A stretch of DNA of 34,032 nt. It comes from Nemertoderma westbladi. Its lineage: Eukaryota; Animalia; Xenacoelomorpha. The notes beneath the pieces are model-generated. The model was not told the origin of the DNA. It was given only the letters and a program-made list of their open reading frames with translations, and searched no databases. The position numbers were made by a program, and so were the translations under genes. This document shows positions 20,916-34,032 of this stretch, in pieces. Every line of letters starts with the position of its first letter. The stretch's first letter is position 1. The stretch lies in assembly GCA_032718475.1 (NCBI GenBank), contig JAUCBJ010000244.1, positions 1 to 34,032 of the forward strand. The letters run 5' to 3'.

Positions 20916-23900
20916 GTGAGTAGCGATGTTAGACCCAAACGTAGAGAATCGGTCCAGGTGGAGGTGAGTAGCGATGTTAGACCCAAACGTAGAGAATCGG
21001 TCCAGGTGGAGGTGAGTAGCGATGTTAGACCCAAACGTAGAGAATCGGTCCAGGTGGAGGTGAGTAGCGATGTTAGACCCAAACGTAGAGAATCGGTCCA
21101 GGTGGAGGTGAGTAGCGATGTTAGACCCAAACGTAGAGAATCGGTCCAGGTGGAGGTGAGTAGCGATGTTAGACCCAAACGTAGAGAATCGGTCCAGGTG
21201 GAGGTGAGTAGCGATGTTAGACCCAAACGTAGAGAATCGGTCCAGGTGGAGGTGAGTAGCGATGTTAGACCCAAACGTAGAGAATCGGTCCAGGTGGAGG
21301 TGAGTAGCGATGTTAGACCCAAACGTAGAGAATCGGTCCAGGTGGAGGTGAGTAGCGATGTTAGACCCAAACGTAGAGAATCGGTCCAGGTGGAGGTGAG
21401 TAGCGATGTTAGACCCAAACGTAGAGAATCGGTCCATCCAGGTGGAGGTGAGTAGCGATGTTAGACCCAAACGTAGAGAATCGGTCCAGGTGGAGGTGAG
21501 TAGCGATGTTAGACCCAAACGTAGAGAATCGGTCCAGGTGGAGGTGAGTAGCGATGTTAGACCCAAACGTAGAGAATCGGTCCAGGTGGAGGTGAGTAGC
21601 GATGTTAGACCCAAACGTAGAGAATCGGTCCAGGTGGAGGTGAGTAGCGATGTTAGACCCAAACGTAGAGAATCGGTCCAGGTGGAGGTGAGTAGCGATG
21701 TTAGACCCAAACGTAGAGAATCGGTCCAGGTGGAGGTGAGTAGCGATGTTAGACCCAAACGTAGAGAATCGGTCCAGGTGGAGGTGAGTAGCGATGTTAG
21801 ACCCAAACGTAGAGAATCGGTCCAGGTGGAGGTGAGTAGCGATGTTAGACCCAAACGTAGAGAATCGGTCCAGGTGGAGGTGAGTAGCGATGTTAGACCC
21901 AAACGTAGAGAATCGGTCCAGGTGGAGGTGAGTAGCGATGTTAGACCCAAACGTAGAGAATCGGTCCAGGTGGAGGTGAGTAGCGATGTTAGACCCAAAC
22001 GTAGAGAATCGGTCCAGGTGGAGGTGAGTAGCGATGTTAGACCCAAACGTAGAGAATCGGTCCAGGTGGAGGTGAGTAGCGATGTTAGACCCAAACGTAG
22101 AGAATCGGTCCAGGTGGAGGTGAGTAGCGATGTTAGACCCAAACGTAGAGAATCGGTCCAGGTGGAGGTGAGTAGCGATGTTAGACCCAAACGTAGAGAA
22201 TCGGTCCAGGTGGAGGTGAGTAGCGATGTTAGACCCAAACGTAGAGAATCGGTCCAGGTGGAGGTGAGTAGCGATGTTAGACCCAAACGTAGAGAATCGG
22301 TCCAGGTGGAGGTGAGTAGCGATGTTAGACCCAAACGTAGAGAATCGGTCCAGGTGGAGGTGAGTAGCGATGTTAGACCCAAACGTAGAGAATCGGTCCA
22401 GGTGGAGGTGAGTAGCGATGTTAGACCCAAACGTAGAGAATCGGTCCAGGTGGAGGTGAGTAGCGATGTTAGACCCAAACGTAGAGAATCGGTCCAGGTG
22501 GAGGTGAGTAGCGATGTTAGACCCAAACGTAGAGAATCGGTCCAGGTGGAGGTGAGTAGCGATGTTAGACCCAAACGTAGAGAATCGGTCCAGGTGGAGG
22601 TGAGTAGCGATGTTAGACCCAAACGTAGAGAATCGGTCCATCCAGGTGGAGGTGAGTAGCGATGTTAGACCCAAACGTAGAGAATCGGTCCAGGTGGAGG
22701 TGAGTAGCGATGTTAGACCCAAACGTAGAGAATCGGTCCAGGTGGAGGTGAGTAGCGATGTTAGACCCAAACGTAGAGAATCGGTCCAGGTGGAGGTGAG
22801 TAGCGATGTTAGACCCAAACGTAGAGAATCGGTCCAGGTGGAGGTGAGTAGCGATGTTAGACCCAAACGTAGAGAATCGGTCCAGGTGGAGGTGAGTAGC
22901 GATGTTAGACCCAAACGTAGAGAATCGGTCCAGGTGGAGGTGAGTAGCGATGTTAGACCCAAACGTAGAGAATCGGTCCAGGTGGAGGTGAGTAGCGATG
23001 TTAGACCCAAACGTAGAGAATCGGTCCAGGTGGAGGTGAGTAGCGATGTTAGACCCAAACGTAGAGAATCGGTCCAGGTGGAGGTGAGTAGCGATGTTAG
23101 ACCCAAACGTAGAGAATCGGTCCAGGTGGAGGTGAGTAGCGATGTTAGACCCAAACGTAGAGAATCGGTCCAGGTGGAGGTGAGTAGCGATGTTAGACCC
23201 AAACGTAGAGAATCGGTCCAGGTGGAGGTGAGTAGCGATGTTAGACCCAAACGTAGAGAATCGGTCCAGGTGGAGGTGAGTAGCGATGTTAGACCCAAAC
23301 GTAGAGAATCGGTCCAGGTGGAGGTGAGTAGCGATGTTAGACCCAAACGTAGAGAATCGGTCCAGGTGGAGGTGAGTAGCGATGTTAGACCCAAACGTAG
23401 AGAATCGGTCCAGGTGGAGGTGAGTAGCGATGTTAGACCCAAACGTAGAGAATCGGTCCAGGTGGAGGTGAGTAGCGATGTTAGACCCAAACGTAGAGAA
23501 TCGGTCCAGGTGGAGGTGAGTAGCGATGTTAGACCCAAACGTAGAGAATCGGTCCAGGTGGAGGTGAGTAGCGATGTTAGACCCAAACGTAGAGAATCGG
23601 TCCAGGTGGAGGTGAGTAGCGATGTTAGACCCAAACGTAGAGAATCGGTCCAGGTGGAGGTGAGTAGCGATGTTAGACCCAAACGTAGAGAATCGGTCCA
23701 GGTGGAGGTGAGTAGCGATGTTAGACCCAAACGTAGAGAATCGGTCCAGGTGGAGGTGAGTAGCGATGTTAGACCCAAACGTAGAGAATCGGTCCAGGTG
23801 GAGGTGAGTAGCGATGTTAGACCCAAACGTAGAGAATCGGTCCAGGTGGAGGTGAGTAGCGATGTTAGACCCAAACGTAGAGAATCGGTCCAGGTGGAGG

Positions 23901-26900
23901 TGAGTAGCGATGTTAGACCCAAACGTAGAGAATCGGTCCAGGTGAGTAGCGATGTTAGACCCAAACGTAGAGAATCGGTCCAGGTGGAGGTGAGTAGCGA
24001 TGTTAGACCCAAACGTAGAGAATCGGTCCAGGTGGAGGTGAGTAGCGATGTTAGACCCAAACGTAGAGAATCGGTCCAGGTGGAGGTGAGTAGCGATGTT
24101 AGACCCAAACGTAGAGAATCGGTCCAGGTGGAGGTGAGTAGCGATGTTAGACCCAAACGTAGAGAATCGGTCCAGGTGGAGGTGAGTAGCGATGTTAGAC
24201 CCAAACGTAGAGAATCGGTCCAGGTGGAGGTGAGTAGCGATGTTAGACCCAAACGTAGAGAATCGGTCCAGGTGGAGGTGAGTAGCGATGTTAGACCCAA
24301 ACGTAGAGAATCGGTCCAGGTGGAGGTGAGTAGCGATGTTAGACCCAAACGTAGAGAATCGGTCCAGGTGGAGGTGAGTAGCGATGTTAGACCCAAACGT
24401 AGAGAATCGGTCCAGGTGGAGGTGAGTAGCGATGTTAGACCCAAACGTAGAGAATCGGTCCAGGTGGAGGTGAGTAGCGATGTTAGACCCAAACGTAGAG
24501 AATCGGTCTCCAGGTGGAGGTGAGTAGCGATGTTAGACCCAAACGTAGAGAATCGGTCCAGGTGGAGGTGAGTAGCGATGTTAGACCCAAACGTAGAGAA
24601 TCGGTCCAGGTGGAGGTGAGTAGCGATGTTAGACCCAAACGTAGAGAATCGGTCCAGGTGGAGGTGAGTAGCGATGTTAGACCCAAACGTAGAGAATCGG
24701 TCCAGGTGGAGGTGAGTAGCGATGTTAGACCCAAACGTAGAGAATCGGTCCAGGTGGAGGTGAGTAGCGATGTTAGACCCAAACGTAGAGAATCGGTCCA
24801 GGTGGAGGTGAGTAGCGATGTTAGACCCAAACGTAGAGAATCGGTCCAGGTGGAGGTGAGTAGCGATGTTAGACCCAAACGTAGAGAATCGGTCCAGGTG
24901 GAGGTGAGTAGCGATGTTAGACCCAAACGTAGAGAATCGGTCCAGGTGGAGGTGAGTAGCGATGTTAGACCCAAACGTAGAGAATCGGTCCAGGTGGAGG
25001 TGAGTAGCGATGTTAGACCCAAACGTAGAGAATCGGTCCAGGTGGAGGTGAGTAGCGATGTTAGACCCAAACGTAGAGAATCGGTCCATCCAGGTGGAGG
25101 TGAGTAGCGATGTTAGACCCAAACGTAGAGAATCGGTCCAGGTGGAGGTGAGTAGCGATGTTAGACCCAAACGTAGAGAATCGGTCCAGGTGGAGGTGAG
25201 TAGCGATGTTAGACCCAAACGTAGAGAATCGGTCCAGGTGGAGGTGAGTAGCGATGTTAGACCCAAACGTAGAGAATCGGTCCAGGTGGAGGTGAGTAGC
25301 GATGTTAGACCCAAACGTAGAGAATCGGTCCAGGTGGAGGTGAGTAGCGATGTTAGACCCAAACGTAGAGAATCGGTCCAGGTGGAGGTGAGTAGCGATG
25401 TTAGACCCAAACGTAGAGAATCGGTCCATCCAGGTGGAGGTGAGTAGCGATGTTAGACCCAAACGTAGAGAATCGGTCCAGGTGGAGGTGAGTAGCGATG
25501 TTAGACCCAAACGTAGAGAATCGGTCCAGGTGGAGGTGAGTAGCGATGTTAGACCCAAACGTAGAGAATCGGTCCAGGTGGAGGTGAGTAGCGATGTTAG
25601 ACCCAAACGTAGAGAATCGGTCCAGGTGGAGGTGAGTAGCGATGTTAGACCCAAACGTAGAGAATCGGTCCAGGTGGAGGTGAGTAGCGATGTTAGACCC
25701 AAACGTAGAGAATCGGTCCAGGTGGAGGTGAGTAGCGATGTTAGACCCAAACGTAGAGAATCGGTCCAGGTGGAGGTGAGTAGCGATGTTAGACCCAAAC
25801 GTAGAGAATCGGTCCAGGTGGAGGTGAGTAGCGATGTTAGACCCAAACGTAGAGAATCGGTCCAGGTGGAGGTGAGTAGCGATGTTAGACCCAAACGTAG
25901 AGAATCGGTCCAGGTGGAGGTGAGTAGCGATGTTAGACCCAAACGTAGAGAATCGGTCCAGGTGGAGGTGAGTAGCGATGTTAGACCCAAACGTAGAGAA
26001 TCGGTCCAGGTGGAGGTGAGTAGCGATGTTAGACCCAAACGTAGAGAATCGGTCCAGGTGGAGGTGAGTAGCGATGTTAGACCCAAACGTAGAGAATCGG
26101 TCCAGGTGGAGGTGAGTAGCGATGTTAGACCCAAACGTAGAGAATCGGTCCAGGTGGAGGTGAGTAGCGATGTTAGACCCAAACGTAGAGAATCGGTCCG
26201 GTGGAGGTGAGTAGCGATGTTAGACCCAAACGTAGAGAATCGGTCCAGGTGGAGGTGAGTAGCGATGTTAGACCCAAACGTAGAGAATCGGTCCAGGTGG
26301 AGGTGAGTAGCGATGTTAGACCCAAACGTAGAGAATCGGTCCAGGTGGAGGTGAGTAGCGATGTTAGACCCAAACGTAGAGAATCGGTCCAGGTGGAGGT
26401 GAGTAGCGATGTTAGACCCAAACGTAGAGAATCGGTCCAGGTGGAGGTGAGTAGCGATGTTAGACCCAAACGTAGAGAATCGGTCCAGGTGGAGGTGAGT
26501 AGCGATGTTAGACCCAAACGTAGAGAATCGGTCCAGGTGGAGGTGAGTAGCGATGTTAGACCCAAACGTAGAGAATCGGTCCAGGTGGAGGTGAGTAGCG
26601 ATGTTAGACCCAAACGTAGAGAATCGGTCCAGGTGGAGGTGAGTAGCGATGTTAGACCCAAACGTAGAGAATCGGTCCAGGTGGAGGTGAGTAGCGATGT
26701 TAGACCCAAACGTAGAGAATCGGTCCATCCAGGTGGAGGTGAGTAGCGATGTTAGACCCAAACGTAGAGAATCGGTCCAGGTGGAGGTGAGTAGCGATGT
26801 TAGACCCAAACGTAGAGAATCGGTCCAGGTGGAGGTGAGTAGCGATGTTAGACCCAAACGTAGAGAATCGGTCCAGGTGGAGGTGAGTAGCGATGTTAGA

Positions 26901-29900
26901 CCCAAACGTAGAGAATCGGTCCAGGTGGAGGTGAGTAGCGATGTTAGACCCAAACGTAGAGAATCGGTCCAGGTGGAGGTGAGTAGCGATGTTAGACCCA
27001 AACGTAGAGAATCGGTCCAGGTGGAGGTGAGTAGCGATGTTAGACCCAAACGTAGAGAATCGGTCCAGGTGGAGGTGAGTAGCGATGTTAGACCCAAACG
27101 TAGAGAATCGGTCCATCCAGGTGGAGGTGAGTAGCGATGTTAGACCCAAACGTAGAGAATCGGTCCATCCAGGTGGAGGTGAGTAGCGATGTTAGACCCA
27201 AACGTAGAGAATCGGTCCATCCAGGTGGAGGTGAGTAGCGATGTTAGACCCAAACGTAGAGAATCGGTCCAGGTGGAGGTGAGTAGCGATGTTAGACCCA
27301 AACGTAGAGAATCGGTCCAGGTGGAGGTGAGTAGCGATGTTAGACCCAAACGTAGAGAATCGGTCCAGGTGGAGGTGAGTAGCGATGTTAGACCCAAACG
27401 TAGAGAATCGGTCCAGGTGGAGGTGAGTAGCGATGTTAGACCCAAACGTAGAGAATCGGTCCAGGTGGAGGTGAGTAGCGATGTTAGACCCAAACGTAGA
27501 GAATCGGTCCAGGTGGAGGTGAGTAGCGATGTTAGACCCAAACGTAGAGAATCGGTCCAGGTGGAGGTGAGTAGCGATGTTAGACCCAAACGTAGAGAAT
27601 CGGTCCAGGTGGAGGTGAGTAGCGATGTTAGACCCAAACGTAGAGAATCGGTCCAGGTGGAGGTGAGTAGCGATGTTAGACCCAAACGTAGAGAATCGGT
27701 CCAGGTGGAGGTGAGTAGCGATGTTAGACCCAAACGTAGAGAATCGGTCCAGGTGGAGGTGAGTAGCGATGTTAGACCCAAACGTAGAGAATCGGTCCAG
27801 GTGGAGGTGAGTAGCGATGTTAGACCCAAACGTAGAGAATCGGTCCAGGTGGAGGTGAGTAGCGATGTTAGACCCAAACGTAGAGAATCGGTCCAGGTGG
27901 AGGTGAGTAGCGATGTTAGACCCAAACGTAGAGAATCGGTCCAGGTGGAGGTGAGTAGCGATGTTAGACCCAAACGTAGAGAATCGGTCCAGGTGGAGGT
28001 GAGTAGCGATGTTAGACCCAAACGTAGAGAATCGGTCCAGGTGGAGGTGAGTAGCGATGTTAGACCCAAACGTAGAGAATCGGTCCAGGTGGAGGTGAGT
28101 AGCGATGTTAGACCCAAACGTAGAGAATCGGTCCAGGTGGAGGTGAGTAGCGATGTTAGACCCAAACGTAGAGAATCGGTCCAGGTGGAGGTGAGTAGCG
28201 ATGTTAGACCCAAACGTAGAGAATCGGTCCAGGTGGAGGTGAGTAGCGATGTTAGACCCAAACGTAGAGAATCGGTCCAGGTGGAGGTGAGTAGCGATGT
28301 TAGACCCAAACGTAGAGAATCGGTCCAGGTGGAGGTGAGTAGCGATGTTAGACCCAAACGTAGAGAATCGGTCCGGTGAGGTGAGTAGCGATGTTAGACC
28401 CAAACGTAGAGAATCGGTCCAGGTGGAGGTGAGTAGCGATGTTAGACCCAAACGTAGAGAATCGGTCCAGGTGGAGGTGAGTAGCGATGTTAGACCCAAA
28501 CGTAGAGAATCGGTCCAGGTGGAGGTGAGTAGCGATGTTAGACCCAAACGTAGAGAATCGGTCCAGGTGGAGGTGAGTAGCGATGTTAGACCCAAACGTA
28601 GAGAATCGGTCCAGGTGGAGGTGAGTAGCGATGTTAGACCCAAACGTAGAGAATCGGTCCAGGTGGAGGTGAGTAGCGATGTTAGACCCAAACGTAGAGA
28701 ATCGGTCCAGGTGGAGGTGAGTAGCGATGTTAGACCCAAACGTAGAGAATCGGTCCAGGTGGAGGTGAGTAGCGATGTTAGACCCAAACGTAGAGAATCG
28801 GTCCAGGTGGAGGTGAGTAGCGATGTTAGACCCAAACGTAGAGAATCGGTCCAGGTGGAGGTGAGTAGCGATGTTAGACCCAAACGTAGAGAATCGGTCC
28901 AGGTGGAGGTGAGTAGCGATGTTAGACCCAAACGTAGAGAATCGGTCCAGGTGGAGGTGAGTAGCGATGTTAGACCCAAACGTAGAGAATCGGTCCAGGT
29001 GGAGGTGAGTAGCGATGTTAGACCCAAACGTAGAGAATCGGTCCAGGTGGAGGTGAGTAGCGATGTTAGACCCAAACGTAGAGAATCGGTCCAGGTGGAG
29101 GTGAGTAGCGATGTTAGACCCAAACGTAGAGAATCGGTCCAGGTGGAGGTGAGTAGCGATGTTAGACCCAAACGTAGAGAATCGGTCCAGGTGGAGGTGA
29201 GTAGCGATGTTAGACCCAAACGTAGAGAATCGGTCCAGGTGGAGGTGAGTAGCGATGTTAGACCCAAACGTAGAGAATCGGTCCCAGGTGGAGGTGAGTA
29301 GCGATGTTAGACCCAAACGTAGAGAATCGGTCCAGGTGGAGGTGAGTAGCGATGTTAGACCCAAACGTAGAGAATCGGTCCAGGTGGAGGTGAGTAGCGA
29401 TGTTAGACCCAAACGTAGAGAATCGGTCCAGGTGGAGGTGAGTAGCGATGTTAGACCCAAACGTAGAGAATCGGTCCAGGTGGAGGTGAGTAGCGATGTT
29501 AGACCCAAACGTAGAGAATCGGTCCAGGTGGAGGTGAGTAGCGATGTTAGACCCAAACGTAGAGAATCGGTCCAGGTGGAGGTGAGTAGCGATGTTAGAC
29601 CCAAACGTAGAGAATCGGTCCAGGTGGAGGTGAGTAGCGATGTTAGACCCAAACGTAGAGAATCGGTCCAGGTGGAGGTGAGTAGCGATGTTAGACCCAA
29701 ACGTAGAGAATCGGTCCGGTGGAGGTGAGTAGCGATGTTAGACCCAAACGTAGAGAATCGGTCCAGGTGGAGGTGAGTAGCGATGTTAGACCCAAACGTA
29801 GAGAATCGGTCCAGGTGGAGGTGAGTAGCGATGTTAGACCCAAACGTAGAGAATCGGTCCAGGTGGAGGTGAGTAGCGATGTTAGACCCAAACGTAGAGA

Positions 29901-32900
29901 ATCGGTCCAGGTGGAGGTGAGTAGCGATGTTAGACCCAAACGTAGAGAATCGGTCCAGGTGGAGGTGAGTAGCGATGTTAGACCCAAACGTAGAGAATCG
30001 GTCCAGGTGGAGGTGAGTAGCGATGTTAGACCCAAACGTAGAGAATCGGTCCAGGTGGAGGTGAGTAGCGATGTTAGACCCAAACGTAGAGAATCGGTCC
30101 AGGTGGAGGTGAGTAGCGATGTTAGACCCAAACGTAGAGAATCGGTCCAGGTGGAGGTGAGTAGCGATGTTAGACCCAAACGTAGAGAATCGGTCCAGGT
30201 GGAGGTGAGTAGCGATGTTAGACCCAAACGTAGAGAATCGGTCCAGGTGGAGGTGAGTAGCGATGTTAGACCCAAACGTAGAGAATCGGTCCAGGTGGAG
30301 GTGAGTAGCGATGTTAGACCCAAACGTAGAGAATCGGTCCAGGTGGAGGTGAGTAGCGATGTTAGACCCAAACGTAGAGAATCGGTCCAGGTGGAGGTGA
30401 GTAGCGATGTTAGACCCAAACGTAGAGAATCGGTCCAGGTGGAGGTGAGTAGCGATGTTAGACCCAAACGTAGAGAATCGGTCCAGGTGGAGGTGAGTAG
30501 CGATGTTAGACCCAAACGTAGAGAATCGGTCCAGGTGGAGGTGAGTAGCGATGTTAGACCCAAACGTAGAGAATCGGTCCAGGTGGAGGTGAGTAGCGAT
30601 GTTAGACCCAAACGTAGAGAATCGGTCCAGGTGGAGGTGAGTAGCGATGTTAGACCCAAACGTAGAGAATCGGTCCAGGTGGAGGTGAGTAGCGATGTTA
30701 GACCCAAACGTAGAGAATCGGTCCAGGTGGAGGTGAGTAGCGATGTTAGACCCAAACGTAGAGAATCGGTCCAGGTGGAGGTGAGTAGCGATGTTAGACC
30801 CAAACGTAGAGAATCGGTCCAGGTGGAGGTGAGTAGCGATGTTAGACCCAAACGTAGAGAATCGGTCCAGGTGGAGGTGAGTAGCGATGTTAGACCCAAA
30901 CGTAGAGAATCGGTCCAGGTGGAGGTGAGTAGCGATGTTAGACCCAAACGTAGAGAATCGGTCCAGGTGGAGGTGAGTAGCGATGTTAGACCCAAACGTA
31001 GAGAATCGGTCCAGGTGGAGGTGAGTAGCGATGTTAGACCCAAACGTAGAGAATCGGTCCAGGTGGAGGTGAGTAGCGATGTTAGACCCAAACGTAGAGA
31101 ATCGGTCCAGGTGGAGGTGAGTAGCGATGTTAGACCCAAACGTAGAGAATCGGTCCAGGTGGAGGTGAGTAGCGATGTTAGACCCAAACGTAGAGAATCG
31201 GTCCAGGTGGAGGTGAGTAGCGATGTTAGACCCAAACGTAGAGAATCGGTCCAGGTGGAGGTGAGTAGCGATGTTAGACCCAAACGTAGAGAATCGGTCC
31301 AGGTGGAGGTGAGTAGCGATGTTAGACCCAAACGTAGAGAATCGGTCCAGGTGGAGGTGAGTAGCGATGTTAGACCCAAACGTAGAGAATCGGTCCAGGT
31401 GGAGGTGAGTAGCGATGTTAGACCCAAACGTAGAGAATCGGTCCAGGTGGAGGTGAGTAGCGATGTTAGACCCAAACGTAGAGAATCGGTCCAGGTGGAG
31501 GTGAGTAGCGATGTTAGACCCAAACGTAGAGAATCGGTCCAGGTGGAGGTGAGTAGCGATGTTAGACCCAAACGTAGAGAATCGGTCCAGGTGGAGGTGA
31601 GTAGCGATGTTAGACCCAAACGTAGAGAATCGGTCCAGGTGGAGGTGAGTAGCGATGTTAGACCCAAACGTAGAGAATCGGTCCAGGTGGAGGTGAGTAG
31701 CGATGTTAGACCCAAACGTAGAGAATCGGTCCAGGTGGAGGTGAGTAGCGATGTTAGACCCAAACGTAGAGAATCGGTCCAGGTGGAGGTGAGTAGCGAT
31801 GTTAGACCCAAACGTAGAGAATCGGTCCAGGTGGAGGTGAGTAGCGATGTTAGACCCAAACGTAGAGAATCGGTCCAGGTGGAGGTGAGTAGCGATGTTA
31901 GACCCAAACGTAGAGAATCGGTCCAGGTGGAGGTGAGTAGCGATGTTAGACCCAAACGTAGAGAATCGGTCCAGGTGGAGGTGAGTAGCGATGTTAGACC
32001 CAAACGTAGAGAATCGGTCCAGGTGGAGGTGAGTAGCGATGTTAGACCCAAACGTAGAGAATCGGTCCAGGTGGAGGTGAGTAGCGATGTTAGACCCAAA
32101 CGTAGAGAATCGGTCCAGGTGGAGGTGAGTAGCGATGTTAGACCCAAACGTAGAGAATCGGTCCAGGTGGAGGTGAGTAGCGATGTTAGACCCAAACGTA
32201 GAGAATCGGTCCAGGTGGAGGTGAGTAGCGATGTTAGACCCAAACGTAGAGAATCGGTCCAGGTGGAGGTGAGTAGCGATGTTAGACCCAAACGTAGAGA
32301 ATCGGTCCAGGTGGAGGTGAGTAGCGATGTTAGACCCAAACGTAGAGAATCGGTCCAGGTGGAGGTGAGTAGCGATGTTAGACCCAAACGTAGAGAATCG
32401 GTCCAGGTGGAGGTGAGTAGCGATGTTAGACCCAAACGTAGAGAATCGGTCCAGGTGGAGGTGAGTAGCGATGTTAGACCCAAACGTAGAGAATCGGTCC
32501 AGGTGGAGGTGAGTAGCGATGTTAGACCCAAACGTAGAGAATCGGTCCAGGTGGAGGTGAGTAGCGATGTTAGACCCAAACGTAGAGAATCGGTCCAGGT
32601 GGAGGTGAGTAGCGATGTTAGACCCAAACGTAGAGAATCGGTCCAGGTGGAGGTGAGTAGCGATGTTAGACCCAAACGTAGAGAATCGGTCCAGGTGGAG
32701 GTGAGTAGCGATGTTAGACCCAAACGTAGAGAATCGGTCCAGGTGGAGGTGAGTAGCGATGTTAGACCCAAACGTAGAGAATCGGTCCAGGTGGAGGTGA
32801 GTAGCGATGTTAGACCCAAACGTAGAGAATCGGTCCAGGTGGAGGTGAGTAGCGATGTTAGACCCAAACGTAGAGAATCGGTCCAGGTGGAGGTGAGTAG

Positions 32901-34032
32901 CGATGTTAGACCCAAACGTAGAGAATCGGTCCAGGTGGAGGTGAGTAGCGATGTTAGACCCAAACGTAGAGAATCGGTCCAGGTGGAGGTGAGTAGCGAT
33001 GTTAGACCCAAACGTAGAGAATCGGTCCAGGTGGAGGTGAGTAGCGATGTTAGACCCAAACGTAGAGAATCGGTCCAGGTGGAGGTGAGTAGCGATGTTA
33101 GACCCAAACGTAGAGAATCGGTCCAGGTGGAGGTGAGTAGCGATGTTAGACCCAAACGTAGAGAATCGGTCCAGGTGGAGGTGAGTAGCGATGTTAGACC
33201 CAAACGTAGAGAATCGGTCCAGGTGGAGGTGAGTAGCGATGTTAGACCCAAACGTAGAGAATCGGTCCAGGTGGAGGTGAGTAGCGATGTTAGACCCAAA
33301 CGTAGAGAATCGGTCCAGGTGGAGGTGAGTAGCGATGTTAGACCCAAACGTAGAGAATCGGTCCAGGTGGAGGTGAGTAGCGATGTTAGACCCAAACGTA
33401 GAGAATCGGTCCAGGTGGAGGTGAGTAGCGATGTTAGACCCAAACGTAGAGAATCGGTCCAGGTGGAGGTGAGTAGCGATGTTAGACCCAAACGTAGAGA
33501 ATCGGTCCAGGTGGAGGTGAGTAGCGATGTTAGACCCAAACGTAGAGAATCGGTCCAGGTGGAGGTGAGTAGCGATGTTAGACCCAAACGTAGAGAATCG
33601 GTCCAGGTGGAGGTGAGTAGCGATGTTAGACCCAAACGTAGAGAATCGGTCCAGGTGGAGGTGAGTAGCGATGTTAGACCCAAACGTAGAGAATCGGTCC
33701 AGGTGGAGGTGAGTAGCGATGTTAGACCCAAACGTAGAGAATCGGTCCAGGTGGAGGTGAGTAGCGATGTTAGACCCAAACGTAGAGAATCGGTCCAGGT
33801 GGAGGTGAGTAGCGATGTTAGACCCAAACGTAGAGAATCGGTCCAGGTGGAGGTGAGTAGCGATGTTAGACCCAAACGTAGAGAATCGGTCCAGGTGGAG
33901 GTGAGTAGCGATGTTAGACCCAAACGTAGAGAATCGGTCCAGGTGGAGGTGAGTAGCGATGTTAGACCCAAACGTAGAGAATCGGTCCAGGTGGAGGTGA
34001 GTAGCGATGTTAGACCCAAACGTAGAGAATCG
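20874..34032 (+). repeat. 48-bp tandem array, about 274 copies, running off the window; unit = exon 3' end + splice donor
   Basis: Unit AGCGATGTTAGACCCAAACGTAGAGAATCGGTCCAGGTGGAGGTGAGT. Copies are essentially identical apart from 14 small-indel variant units and one substitution in copy 1. Confidence 0.99.

Noticed and set aside
20666-34019. Long ORFs on both strands (up to 1442 aa; LGLTSLLTSTWTDSLR and DRFSTFGSNIATHLHL repeats)
   Set aside because: They arise automatically from a 48-bp unit lacking stops in several frames. Only the plus frame contiguous with the EF-hand exon has independent support.
1606-34032. CRISPR array interpretation of the regular repeats
   Set aside because: Units are head-to-tail with no unique spacers, there are no cas genes, and the DNA is intron-containing eukaryotic sequence.

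Overview
AT-rich eukaryotic (animal, probably marine invertebrate) genomic DNA with GT-AG introns; about 64% of the window is tandem repeat. Two spliced genes lie head to head. (1) A complete 4-exon minus-strand gene (17457-17342, 12637-11995, 8308-8198, 7591-7094; 455 aa) encodes a type I membrane LRR protein with a Tyr-repeat cytoplasmic tail. (2) The first two coding exons of a plus-strand EF-hand protein (18715-18749, 20699-20915) resemble the N-terminus of EF-hand rhomboid proteases (RHBDL1/RHBDL3-like). The most striking feature is a >13 kb array of about 274 near-identical 48-bp units (20874 to the window end). Each unit is the last 42 nt of that exon plus its GTGAGT splice donor, so the array is a ladder of donor sites, the first 11 of them in frame. 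The preceding intron carries a 61-bp array of acceptor-like sites. Also present: a 5'-truncated RTE-type LINE fragment, a 240-bp MITE with an 8-bp target-site duplication between the two genes, and seven further non-coding minisatellites, most built on short palindromes. Nearly all long ORFs in the supplied track are by-products of the repeats. All calls were made by eye; no searches were run.
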